DNA of 46,773 nt, counting the filler, from Streblomastix strix (Eukaryota): assembly GCA_008636045.1 (NCBI GenBank). It is 2 parts of 2 records of this genome, joined end to end, with 100 filler letters (N's around TTAATTAATTAA, not from the genome) between each part and the next. Parts side by side here need not be neighbours in the genome. Positions count along the whole stretch, not along the records: positions 1 to 23,340 come from SNRW01000289.1; 1 more part is not named here. One strand, 5' to 3'. Both the position numbers and the translations under genes were made by a program. The stretch's first letter is position 1, and every line of letters begins with the position of its first letter. The notes beneath the pieces were generated by a model that was given only the letters and a program-made list of their open reading frames with translations, had not been told where the DNA came from and searched no databases. Positions 10,290 through 23,440 of this stretch are shown here, in pieces.

Positions 10290-12406
10290 AAAACGAATAA
10301 TCTTTAGCATTTAATCCATATATAAATTGACAGAATGATTGATTCTCTAATACTATCATTTTTGTATGAATTCATGTAATTCCATTTTTCTCAATTATTA
10401 TAAGCTCATCTAATGATTCTTCTTCCTTATTCTCATATTAATGCTTTTTGTTATCTTAGCTTCTTTAGAGTAATCGACTATCTGGTATTTAGTGATTTTG
10501 TTAGTTTTTTAATTAACTCCTTTTAATTTTATTTTTGAATCATCGCAATAATTCTTAAATATGATATAATTCTTTGGGGCTAATGTAATCATTGATGAAC
10601 CTTGTCGTTCGATTGTTAACCTAAGGATTTTCTTCTCATCATAAACGTCTCTTCTAATGTTTAGGAAGAAATATTTAGTATTAACGTAATAAAAATCTCT
10701 GTCTCTAACTACTACATTAAATTACTTAGTTAAATCTTCGTTAGGATTTCCACTAATTGCGCAATAAGCTGAATCAGTATCTCCTTCGATAAAATGTATC
10801 CAATTCATATCTAAGCATTTGTACATGAAGTTATATATGAAATTTAGATACCAATATTTAACATTATCTAATACAAAGAATGCTACTTATAAAGGTGTTT
10901 TGTAACTGCAATGTTATGGATTCATTTATACAAAATAATTGTCTTCAGATATTTTTTTATTCATCCATGAATGCATTAGATCTTATAGCTCTTTCTGTTT
11001 ATTTCTTATTCCTAATTTTATATTTGCAATATTTCTCTGTATTCATTCCATCACTATCATATGAGCTATTCAAAACTATCATAAAGAATTTTTCTTATCC
11101 TTTATTCTCATTTAATTTTGCTTCAATTCTATTTTTTGTAAATTTCTTAATAAATGAATTGAATTAATCATGTTTATTGTATAGTACTATCTATTTCACA
11201 TCATCTATAATAAAATGACAATCATCAATTAAATCCATAAATAATATGATCTAAATACCATATATTCTCCAATAGTTGATGATAAATTAGTTAACTTTCA
11301 TTATTTTTGATTAATCTTAATCGTATTCTATTTCTTATGATTATATATATAATTATCTAAAGTTCTTTCATCAGTTGTAAATTCATAATTCCTTAGAATA
11401 AGTGGGATGTTAATGAATTCATTGAGATAATTCTCTTAAATATGACCCTTAACTTCTGCCATGAATAATTATTCATCAGCTGTAAATCTATTTTTGTTAT
11501 TAATTATTCGTAGTATATTTTATTTTGAATGTTCATCATCTCCCATTATCTTACCTGATTATGATCCACACATATACATTTTACTATTGGCTTACTTAAT
11601 AAATTTATGTGGCTCTGATGACATAACACTAGGATATAAAGAATTAAAATCAATACCAACTACATGAATAATTCGATAATCAGTTATTAGAACTGTTACC
11701 TTTTTATTGTCTTTATCATACCATAATCGTTTTATAAAATCAATTCCTGATCTATTAACTCGATGCATTACATTTGAAAATCCACCTGTGATCCATTTCA
11801 TAAGCAAATGATATTCATCAATATCTGTTAGATTAGTTGGTAAGCATCTTATCATGCAATATTTACGTAATTTTATGAATAATTATCCAATATTTTTATC
11901 CTTATCAGAACAGAAGCAATTGCAATATAAACAACAGGGCTTCACATTATCTTTTGAAAGACCTTTTGAATTATCTATTCTGTCTAGTGTTGGTTTATTA
12001 GAAATAGTGAATTTACATCCACAAATGCTGCAATTAGAATCTTTGAATAATTGTTTGAAATAATCGAAATCCTTTTATAATACATTATTTGTTATATGTG
12101 TTTATCTTACGAATAATATCCTTTCACTTTACTCTACTAATAGTTCTCAGTTAGGTAAAATTTCTAGTAGTTATCTTCAAAATTAGGATATATTCCATTA
12201 ATTTCAAAATACTCATAAGCTTTAGCATATTCAATAGCATTAGAGCATGCAGCCATACTCATGAAACTAAACATATCATTATTATATTTAAATTGTAAGC
12301 TCATTAGGGTCATTAATGGTTTGATCATAATATATGTATCTTATTCGTTAGAGTACTACAAGTAATTCTATCAATTTTAAAATCATTTTGCATCTTCAAG
12401 ATAAAT
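10290..12406 (-). pseudogene. polB: Protein-primed family B DNA polymerase, N-terminally truncated and degraded
   Basis: ExoIII-like YLQYSNEQD, ITGGFS, motif A GIDFNSLYPS (~11630-11660), motif B-like IVLNSSY (~11060-11080), motif C HFIEGDTDS (~10770-10797), MITLAPKNY. Confidence 0.9.
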
Positions 12407-12444
12407 TAATAAAAATAAATATGGATTCAAGAAATATTATACTA

Positions 12445-14200
12445 TAGGGTGGTGAAAAAACACGTATTCGCCATTTATTTCAAGATCCATCTATGAATTT
12501 GATTTTCATATCATGTATATGTATTACACATATGGTGATGTATAATAAACAATATATTTACTTTTACTATGTATGTAAGACTGGAGCTGGGCTTTATGAA
12601 TAATGAGTTTGTATGGTGGAAAAAATAAAATTTCTTAAAAAAATAAGGCACACAATTGTTATTCAATCACCATTTTTCTTAATTATAATAACATTCATCA
12701 TGCTTAATGATATAGTCGCATCGCCTGGTCCAGCTTCTGAATGCTCGCTAAATTTCAGTAGGATAGATTTCCATTAGGATTCTTGCAACTTCAGCTTCTA
12801 ATTCTGCATCATTTGTGAACTTTTTCCCTTTCAATTCTGATTTTAGAATCCCGAAAAGGAAAAAATCACAAGGTGATATAACAGGAGAATAAGGGGGATG
12901 TCTCATTTTGGTGAAAATGCTATTACTGATGAAACCTGAAGTGTGATATGAAGTGTAAACTCTACAATTATCAAAGTGCAAGTGGATTTGTCCTTTAGCT
13001 TGATGTCTACTATTGACGATTTTTTATTGCAATGGTATAAGTACCTCATCTACGAAAACTACCGAGTCCATTGTCTTCTTCTTGGGGAGTTTATGAATAT
13101 ATTCTATTCCAGCGCCTGAAAAGAAGACTGTAAACATGCGCTTTTCATCTCCGATTGCTTATCTTGGACGTTCAGGTTGATCAAGACTGGATTTCAATCA
13201 TATTGCTTAAGCAAAATTCTTTAAATAAACCCATGTTTCGTCACCAGTAACAATGTCCAAGAAGTTATTCTTTGCAAAATTCTTAAGCAATGGAATTAGA
13301 TATTTGCATAATTCAACTCGTTGAACTTTATTGCTCTGTGAAAGTACATGAGGTACCCATCGTTCAGTGACCTTCACCCATTCTGTTTCGTCTGCAATTA
13401 TTCTGCTAATTGTTTATTTATCATGTATATATTTTTTCTGCAAGAAACCTTAATGATACATAAGGATCCCAAATAATATCCTTCTCAATTTAAGGTCCAA
13501 GGCCAGTAATTTTTGGACGTCCAGGAGGATCGGTGAATGCAACAAGAGAATGATTAATTACAAATTCTCGCCTCCATTTTACGATTGTCACCTTTTCTGG
13601 AGAAATTGTTCCATATAATCATCGAAGATCATCGAATATCTCATCATTTGTGAAATATCTTAAGAGTCTATCTTCATCAGCAGCCCTATTGCGTAAGAAA
13701 TCAATTCTTGATAAAACAACAGTCATTTACTGAAGGAGAATAAAATGCTTGATTTAATAAACTATGTTTGCAAATATGATTAAATTATTAAAAATTGAAT
13801 AATATCTTTAAAATGTTTTAAATCTAATTATTAAACATATAAAATATTAAACATACAAGATGAAAAAATACAAATTAAGATAGAATAACAAAGTTCCTTA
13901 ATAAAATGATTCGAACGACAACAGTAAAATATATTATAGTACAATCTTGATGAAGCAATAATAAAGAAGAATGGTGATTGAATAACAATTGTGTGCCTTA
14001 TTTTTTTAAGAAATTTTATTTTTTTCCACCATACAAACTCATTATTCATAAAGCCCAGCTCCAGTCTTACATACATAGTAAAAGTAAATTTATTGTTTAT
14101 TGTACATCACCATATGTGTAATACATATACATGATATGAAAATCAAATTCATAGATGGATCTTGAAATAAATGGCGAATACGTGTTTTTTCACCACCCTG
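12445..14200 (-). mobile_element. mariner (DD34D) DNA transposon with ~235-bp terminal inverted repeats and TA target duplication
   Basis: TA at 12443-44 and 14201-02; ends (C/T)AGGGTGGTGAAAAAACACG; TIRs about 12445-12680 and 13964-14200 with few mismatches. Confidence 0.93.
12667..13726 (-). pseudogene. mariner transposase (premature TGAs and a frameshift)
   Basis: ATG 13726; GRP, WVPHVL, VTGDETW, HFDN, HPPYSPVISPCDF; 34 residues between the second and third Asp; TGA 12667-12669. Confidence 0.92.
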
Positions 14201-14685
14201 TATTTTCTGACGAATAAAAAGTGATTTTAAGAAAAAACTATTATAAGTCACAAATATCACCATTAATCTTAAAAAAATTTACTTAAAATAATTTATATAT
14301 TGTTTTTATTTCATTAACAACATCTAATTAAGATGCCCAAGAGTAATTCAGAAATTAAAATTAAATTTACATTTAATTTAAATTATATCTATTACCATAA
14401 CAAAAAAATAATTAAATGGTTTAAATTTTATCAAGTTAATTTAATTGGAATAATTTCCTAAGTTGATTCATTCTAAACTAAGACAAATTATTGCTTTTTA
14501 AAAAATCTACTTAAAATATACAATTTTACCATTATTCTAGATAAATTTTATTTTTTATTTACAAATTTTACTGCAAAATTTGATTTATTAATTTAATTAT
14601 TTATTACAGTGCATTAAGTTTCAAGAAATAGTAAATTATATAATAAAAATTTTTTTTTAAATTATTAATTTTTTTCCTTATTTAG

Positions 14686-16863
14686 ATGTCTAAGAAATCA
14701 ATTCGTTCATCAATTCCTACAAGATCTTCAAGGGTTGGAGCTGTTTGCCCATTTATTTTTTATATTTGTTTAATGGTTCCTTCAAATTTGTTTAGGCAAA
14801 TATTCCTTAATAAGTACTTTCAATTCGATCAACTGATAAAAATGTATAAATCCCTACATTAAGAAGCATACTTGATATTGTTATAAATGGTATAATTATA
14901 TTTTATAAAAAAAAATTTTTTTTTATTAAAAATTTTATTCTTTATAAAATTAAAAATATTTTTTTATTATTCATGAACCATAAATTATTGATGCTATTTA
15001 TGATAATGATATTATGAGTTTATTGAACAAATTTTTTGTAAATGATAAAGAAGGAGAAGTTTTTGAATGATTTTTTTGTTTAAATAATAATTATTAATTT
15101 TTTTTATCAAAATAATTTTACTTAATAAATATTTATAGATTATTAATACAGCGATTCAGAATGTAATTGGATTATGAAGCAGAGTTGTTGATGCAATTGT
15201 GCGAGTTAAAGCTGCTACTGATCCATTAATTCAGATTATTCATGTTTCTTCACATTTATTTATTTATTTATTTATTTAAATTATTTTATTTTCTTTTATT
15301 TACATAATTCAGTCTACAAGTGAAAAATAATCAAAAGCAGGAAGTAAAGCTCTGTGCGATTTAATTGATGGAAACCAATTAATTGGTGAATCTTTAGTGA
15401 AAACAGGATTTGCTTAGATTGCCTTACATTCAATAAATACTGCATTACAAGAACGAAATTAATCTTCTTCTTCTTCAACAACAATAATATTTGGAATACC
15501 AAACTTTGTTATAAGTGGAATACTTGATGTTCTGTTTAAGCTTGTAGCTACATCTGAATAACTTCAACTTCTATCAGTTCTAATTAATCCATTAGAAAGT
15601 TTAAAAGAAATAGAATAATTTGATATATAAAATAAATCCAATTAAATCTTAGAACAACTTCAATAAAAAGGAATTGAATCATAGTCATCAATCACATCAG
15701 CATAGAAAGACTAACTGCTTAAACAGGAGAGAGAATGGAATGCTATGTTGAATGATGAAGTAAAACGATTGAATGAAGAAAGAAATCGAGAAAGAAATGA
15801 AAATAAGGAAATGAATGATGAGTTTATTAGAAAGAGAGAAGAAATAGAATTGAAAAATTAAGAGATTATTTAATTGAAAGATGAAATTGAGAAATTGAAA
15901 GGAAAAGTGAAAGTAGAAACTTGCCCATCTCAAGGTTTAATTGAATTATATTTAAATTATATTTATAATTTTATATATTTTATTTTATATTTTGCTTCTA
16001 TTTAATAGGATTTTCCATATCAATAATCAATAAAGAACTTTCAGAAATAGATTTAATTGATTTAGATGTAATAATGAAATAGATCTATAAGAAGAAATAG
16101 AAATAAAATACCGTTTCATTAACACAAGTACTTGGAACTGGAATTTGGCCAATGGAAGCTGTGTTTGAAAATATTGGTCTTTATACTGGTATAATATCAA
16201 TAAAAAATATTATTAATTATATTATAATTTATTTTTTATTCAATTTTTTATTCATTTATTTTTAGCCATTGGAATAGTTCAGGATTCATATGATATTCCT
16301 GCTCATGCTCATCCTTGAGTTGATCCTTGTATGATTATCTATTTATTATTTCATATGAACAATACTTATTATAATAATCTTTATGAACATTATTAATACA
16401 TTTATTTAAATTTCATATTATTATCAGATAATAAACATATGGCTGTATTCACCTCAGAGCATATTTAATTTTCAATTAATTTCATTTCTTTTATATTATC
16501 AAATTAATCAAGAAGTATTTTGGAAGCATTTGGTGTAAAGGAAAAGAAATCAATGGGAACAAACAATTCAAAGACAATCAAATAGTGAGACTTGAAATGA
16601 ATTGTGAAGAAGGGACATTAACACTGTTCCTTGATAATATCTAACAACCTCTCTTCATTTCAGGAATAAGAGAAAGATTAAGATTTATTGTATATCTATA
16701 TTTAATTATATTATTATTATTGTTTTATTATTTATTAATTATATTTCAGATCTAGCTATATAAATCTGGAGCTTCTTGTACAATCAGATCAATGAAGTAA
16801 CTTTCATCTCCAACAATTGAACATATTGAGAATCAGAAAGCAATTGAGTGGCGAACTTATTGA
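14686..16863 (+). CDS. Multi-exon host gene: helical N-terminus, coiled coil, C-terminal SPRY/B30.2-like domain; possibly pseudogenised
   Basis: GT-AG introns (e.g. 15935-16008, 16189-16265). Exons give TVSLTQVLGTGIW, AIGIVQDSYDIP, GNKQFKDNQIVRLEMNCEEGTLTLFLDNIQQP. At least two apparent in-frame TGAs. Confidence 0.6.
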
Positions 16864-17356
16864 AAATTGAATTAAAGATAAAGATAATAAAGTTTTGAAT
16901 TAATTTTTCAAAATTTTTTATCTAGAGTGTCTTCTATATAATATTCATTTATCATTTGTAAAATTTAGTAATTCCACTTCACGATTATTTTTTCCATTCA
17001 AATTTATATTATAACTTTGCATAATAAATAATTTCATAACTTGATTTAACTGAGTTAGATTTATTATTTAAAGATAAGATTAGGAAAGAATTTAATATAT
17101 GAAAAGAGAATCAAAAGTGTCTTCATGTCAATTCTACAAATAAATTCAATTGGTTATAATTTTCTTTTTGTATTTATTATTATTATAATTTATCACAAAA
17201 AAATTATTAAATTAAATTGATGTGAATAAACTGCTAGAAATTAACAAATGATAAATACTCATTGATTTAGAACTTTCAATAAAATATCAGACTTGATCTT
17301 AATCATTTATCATTGTTTAGTTTTAGAATCTTAATAATATCAATAATGTTTATTAT

Positions 17357-20300
17357 TCATTCTTAAATTAATTTTTATTCTTTCTCTTATTCTTATTCTT
17401 TATCATATTTTTTATTCTTTCTCTTATTCTTATTCTTTCTCTAATTCTTATTCTTTCTCTTATTCTTATTCTTTCTTTTATTCATATTCTTATTCTTTCT
17501 ATTATTCTTATTCTTATTTTAATTCTTTCTCTTATTCTTATTCTTACTCTTATTCTTTCTTTTTCTCTAATTCTTATTTTTATTCTTTCTATTATTCTTT
17601 CTCTTATTCTTTTTATTATTATTTCTCTTATTATTATTCTTTCTCATATTCTTTATCTTATTCTTTCTTTTATTCTTTCTCATACTTTTATTCTAATTCT
17701 TATTCTTTTTCTTATTCTTTATCTTATTCTTTCTTTTATTCTTTCTCATATTCTTTCTATTATTTTTATTCTTTCTCATATTCATTCTATTATTCTTATT
17801 TCTCTAATTCTTTCTCTTTCTTTTATTCTTATACTTATTTTTATTTTTATTCTTATTATTATTTATCTTATTCTTTATCTTATTCTTTATCTTATTTTTA
17901 TTCTTTTTCTTATTCTTATTCTTTATCTTATTCTTATTCTTTCTAATATTTTTAATTTTATTCTTTCTCTTATTCTTATTCTTTTTCTTCTTATTTCTCT
18001 AATTCTTTCTCTTTCTTTTATTCTTATTCTTATTCTTATTTTTATTCTTAATCTTATTCTTTCTTTTATTCTTTCTCTTATTATTTATCTTATTCTTTTT
18101 CTAATTCTTTCTCTTATTCTTTCAAATATTCTTATAATTATTATTCTTATTTTTTCACTTATTCTTTCAAAGATTATTATATTGCGAACTATAACATTTA
18201 TTCATCATTCATTTCAATTTCACTATCATCAAATTCTTTCTCTATATTTTAATTATCAATTTTCTCTTTTTCATATTTATTTTATTCAATTTTCTTATAT
18301 TTATTTAAAATATTTGATTAAATATTAACATTTTTAATAATATTATCATTTTATAATGATATTTATTAAGCAATTTACATCACTTCATATTCAATAAATT
18401 ATTTTTCTTCTTTTTTATCAACATTTATTTATGAAAGTGAATCTATTAATTATTGTTGAATTTTATTTTTGTTTTCAGAGATTAATTTAATATGTTCATT
18501 TGCTTTATTTGCAATTTCTTGATTATCATTTGTTGATAGTTGAACTAATCGATTTTATGAGATTGCATTTTGAATATTATTTTTTGTTTCACTATTTCCA
18601 TATTTGAATAGAGTAATAATAAGATGAAAAATGTCATCATAAATCTTTTCTTTTTATTTTTCATTCAATAATTCATTAAGTTAAACAAGGAATTCATCTG
18701 ATATAATAAGAGCATGGTTTTCTATTCAATATTAAATTAAAATTGAAACAAAATATTATTATAAAGTTAATTTAATTTATATTCATACATTCACATTCAG
18801 CAAGACAAGTAAGTGTTACAATTGATTGAATAGAACATCCAATATTTGCACTATGAGTATTATCTTTGAGATGAATAATAATGAATGGACCAATATCTGA
18901 ATGTATTGGAATTGCTTTGAATAATCTTCCAATTGAACATGCTGTCCATGTATTAATATTTTCATTTTCATATTTATCATTTCTGAATATTTCAATTAAT
19001 TATATTAATGTTCCATCTTTCTCCATCTCTATTAGAAGTGGATTTGGTTTTCCATCTACTTCCTATTAGCCAATTCCATATATTATTTTCATTAAAATAA
19101 ATGTTGAATCATCTAAAACTTATTCATTTAAACTTTTCAATGTTTTATTCATTATTTGCAAAATTCCTTTTTCTACAAGAATCATTCTTTATTCAAAATT
19201 ACTTTAATCAACAATATTAAATAGAGCAATTAGATGAAATTAATTAATATTTTCAATTGAAAGTTTATTTAGAAGAGAAATGAGTTCATCAACAATTCCA
19301 CCACTTTCAATTGCAAATCGAAATGATTCTTTATTATTATAAAGAAGAATAGATGCAGATTCACATCCAAGTAGAATAAGATATTATTTATTCCAATTAA
19401 TTTATCCTTCTAATGATGAATGAATAACTTCACAAATTTCATTCAATCCTCCTTATTCAATAATTTTCATTTTTTATTCTGTACTAATCTCTTCTCCTTC
19501 TTTTATTTTTGATTTCATTGTTATTTCTTAACTTTAATATAATTATATCTCCTCTTTATTCATATCTTCTTATTCTATTAATTTCAAAAATTAATTTGAA
19601 TTTAATGAGACTTCATTTATCAAATGATTTGATAGTTATTTGATTCTAATTTGATTTATATTATTATTGATATTTTATTTTGTTTCTTCATTTCCATATT
19701 TGAATAGATTTATGAGAAGATGAAGAATATATTAATATAAAATTTCTAATTATTTATCTTATAATTTAATATTTAATTATTTAATAAATTCTTAGGATAA
19801 TATCAATAAATGATTTTCTGATAAAATATTAGAATAATATATATATAAATAAAAAATATGAAAATAAAATGTATATTTAGCATACATTCGCATTCTGAAA
19901 GACAAATAAGTACAAGAAAAGGAGAATCGTAAAGATAATAATTGTTAAATTATATGCGATCCTTAAGACGAATAATAATTTAAGTTCCAATTTAAGTAGG
20001 AATTGGAATTGCTTTATATAGGTATCCAATTGAACACGCAGCTTTTATTTTTATATTTTTATTTTAATATTAATTATTTTAGAAGATTTCAATGAGTTTT
20101 GATAATGTTCCATCTTTCTCCATCTCTATTAGAAGTGGATTTGGTTTTCCTTCTCCTTCCAATTCTCCAATTCCATATATTATTTTCATTAATATGAAAG
20201 TTGAATCATCTAAAACTTATTCATCCAAGCTATTCAATGTTTTTTTCAATGATTAAATAATTTCGGTTTTGATGAGAATTTTTATCTGCAAATAAGTACT

Positions 20301-23280
20301 TGAATTTACAATACATTAAAGAGGAGAAAGATGAAAATGATTAATATTTTCAATTGAAAGTTTGTTCAGAACAGAAATAATTTCATCAATAATTCCACCA
20401 CTTTCAATTGCAAATCGAAATGAATCTTTATTATTTTCCAGAAGAACAGAAGCTGCTTCACATCCAAGTCTAATAAGATATTATTTATTCCAATTAATTT
20501 ATCCTTCTAATGATGAATGAATAACTTCACAAATTTCATTCAACCCTCCTTAACTAATGATTTTCATTCTTTATTCTGGATTCGTCCATTCTCCTCTAAA
20601 TTTAATTAATATCATTGTTATTTCTTAACTTTAATATAATTATATATCCTCTTTATTCATATTTTCTAATTTTATTAATTTCAAAAATTAATTTGAATTT
20701 AATGAGACTTCATTTATCAAATGATTTGATAGTTATTTGATTCTAATTAGATTTATATTATTATTGATATTTTATTTTGTTTCTTCATTTCCATATTTGA
20801 ATAGATTTATGAGAAGATGAAGAATATATTAATATAAATTTTCTAATTATTTATCTTATAATTTAATATTTAATTATTTAATAAATTCTTAGGATAATAT
20901 CAATAAATGATTTTCTGATAAAATATTAAAATATTAAAATATTAAAAAATAAAAAAAAATTAATTTTAAAAAATAATGTATAATTAGTATACATTCGCAT
21001 TCTGCAAGATAAGATAGGGCAAGAAGTTGATAATCGAAAAGAGATTAAAAGATGATTTGTATATCATTCTAAAGTTGAATAATAATTTAAGTTCCAATTT
21101 AAGTAGGAATTGGAATTGCTTTATACAGGTATCCAATTGAACACGCAGCTTTTATTTTTATATTTTTATTTTAATATTTATCATTTTAGAAGATTTCAAT
21201 GAATTTTGTTAATGTTCCATCTTTCTCCATCTCTTTAAGAAGTGGATTTGGTTTTCCTTCTCCTTCCAATTCTCCAATTCCATATATTATTTTCATTAAT
21301 ATGAAAGTTGAATCATCTAAAACTTATTCATCCAAGCTATTCAATGTTTTTTTCATTGATTAAATAATTTCCGTTTTGATGAGAATTTTTATCTGCAAAT
21401 AAGTACTTGAATTTACAATACATTAAAGAGGAGAAAGATGAAAATGATTAATATTTTCAATTGAAAGTTTGTTCAGAACAGAAATAATTTCATCAATAAT
21501 TCCACCACTTTCAATTGCAAATCGAAATGAATCTTTATTATTTTCCAGAAGAACAGAAGCTGCTTCACATCCGAGTTAAATAAGATATTATTTATTCTAA
21601 TTAATTTATCCTTCTAATGATGAATGAATAACTTCACAAATTTCATTCAATCCTCCTTATTCAATAATTTTTATTCTTTATTCTGGACTAATCCCTTCTC
21701 CTTCTTTTATTTTTGATTTCATTGTTAATTCATAAATTTTATATAATTCTATCTTTTCTATATTAATATTTTCTTATTTTATTAATTTCAAAAATTAGTT
21801 TGAATTTAATGAGACTTCATTAATCAAATGTTTTGATAGTTATTTGATTCTAATTAGATTTATATTATTATTGATATTTTATTTTGTTTCTTCATTTCCA
21901 TATTTGAATAGATTTATGAGAAGATGAAGAATATATTAATATAAATTTTCTAATTATTTATCTTATAATTTAATATTTAATTATTTAATAAATTCTTTGG
22001 ATAATATCAATTAATGATTTTCTGATAAAATATTAAAATATTAAAATATTAAAAAATTAAAAAATTTAATTTTAAAAAATAATGTATAATTAGTATACAT
22101 TCGCATTCTGAAAGACAAATAAGTACAAGAAAAGGAGAATCGTAAAGATATTAATTGTTAAATTATATGCGATCCTTAAGACGAATAATAATTTAAGTTC
22201 CAATTTAAGTAGGAATTGGAATTGATTTATATAGGTAACCAATTGAACATCCAGTTTATAATTTTATATTTTTATTTTAATATTAATTATTTTAGAAGAT
22301 TTCAATGAGTTTTGATAATGTTCCATCTTTCTCCATCTCAATTAGAAGTGGATTTGGTTTTCCTTCTCCTTCCAATTCTCCAATTCCATATATTTTTTTC
22401 ATTAATATAAAAGTTGAATCATCTAAAACTTTTTCATCCAAGCTATTCAATGTTTTTTTAATTGATTAAATAATTTCGTTTTTGATGAGAATTTTTATCT
22501 GCAAATAAGTACTTGAATTTACAATACATTAAAGAGGAGAAAGATGAAAATGATTAATATTTTCAATTGAAAGTTTGTTCAGAACAGAAATAATTTCATC
22601 AATAATTCCACCACTTTCAATTGCAAATCGAAATGATTCTTTATTATTTTCCAGAAGAACAGAAGCTGCTTCACATCCAAGTCTAATAAGATATTACTTA
22701 TTCCAATTAATTTATCCTTCTAATGATGAATGAATAACTTCACAAATTTCATTCAATCCTCCTTATTCAATAATTTTTATTCTTTATTCTGGATTAATCC
22801 CTTCTCCTTCTTTTATTTTTGATTTCATTGTTATTTCTTAATTTTAATATAATTATTTCTCTTCTTATTTCATATTTTCTTATTCAATTATAATCAAAAA
22901 TTAAATTGAATTTAATGAGACTTCATTTATCTAATGATTTGATAGTTATTTGATTCTAATTAGATTTATATTATTATTGATATTTTATTTTGTTTCTTCA
23001 TTTCCATATTTGAATAGATTTATGATAAGATGAAGAATACATTAATATAAATTTTCTAATTATTTATCTTATAATTTAATATTTAATTATTTAATAAATT
23101 CTTTGGATAATATCAATTAATGATTTTCTGATAAAATATTAAAATATTAAAATATTAAAATTAAAAATATAATTTAAAAATATGAAAATAAAATGTATAT
23201 TTAGCATACATTCGCATTCCATCTGTTTGAATATGTCTTACTTGCATTGAGAAAACTTCCTTATAGGACTTTGCTGCAAT
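17357..23280 (-). CDS. Large ARM/HEAT-like repeat protein with Gln/Glu/Lys-rich C-terminal tail; 5' end uncertain at contig break
   Basis: Long TAR=Gln frames (IIEQGGLNEICEVIH, GEGKPNPLLIEMEKDGTL, CSIGYLYKAIPIP) separated by GTATG/GTATA...AG introns, e.g. 19818-19885. Confidence 0.75.
17370..18170 (-). repeat. Low-complexity (TTCTTA/TTCTTT)n tract encoding EQEKE repeats
   Basis: Reverse strand reads GAA TAA GAG AAA GAA..., apparently continuous with the ARM-like gene's last exon. Confidence 0.8.
18520..23215 (-). repeat. Tandem repeat of ~1.1-kb exon+intron units (four full units plus a partial one)
   Basis: Splice-donor anchor (C/T)ATACATTC(G/A)CATTC recurs at about 18784, 19881, 20989, 22095 and 23206. 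Confidence 0.9.
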
Positions 23281-23340
23281 CAATAAAAGTAAAGGTTAAT
23301 TAAAATATATTTTACTAAAAGTTTTATTACTTTTAATTTT

Positions 23341-23440
23341 NNNNNNNNNNNNNNNNNNNNNNNNNNNNNNNNNNNNNNNNNNNNTTAATTAATTAANNNN
23401 NNNNNNNNNNNNNNNNNNNNNNNNNNNNNNNNNNNNNNNN
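23341..23440. other. Artificial contig-joining linker
   Basis: 44 N + TTAATTAATTAA (23385-23396, a six-frame stop linker in the standard code) + 44 N. Confidence 0.95.

Larger units (their letters stand above)
1..12406. mobile_element. Endogenous Polinton/Maverick-like (PLV-type) dsDNA virus, partial and decaying; left end outside window, right end truncated within PolB
   Basis: Intron-less, tightly packed cluster with SF3 helicase, A32-like ATPase, protein-primed PolB, candidate capsid, membrane-lytic and fibre genes. No terminal repeats or integrase seen in the window. Confidence 0.88.

Noticed and set aside
23385..23396. TTAATTAATTAA palindrome as a biological site, and linkage between the two halves of the window
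   Set aside because: Synthetic linker inside N padding.
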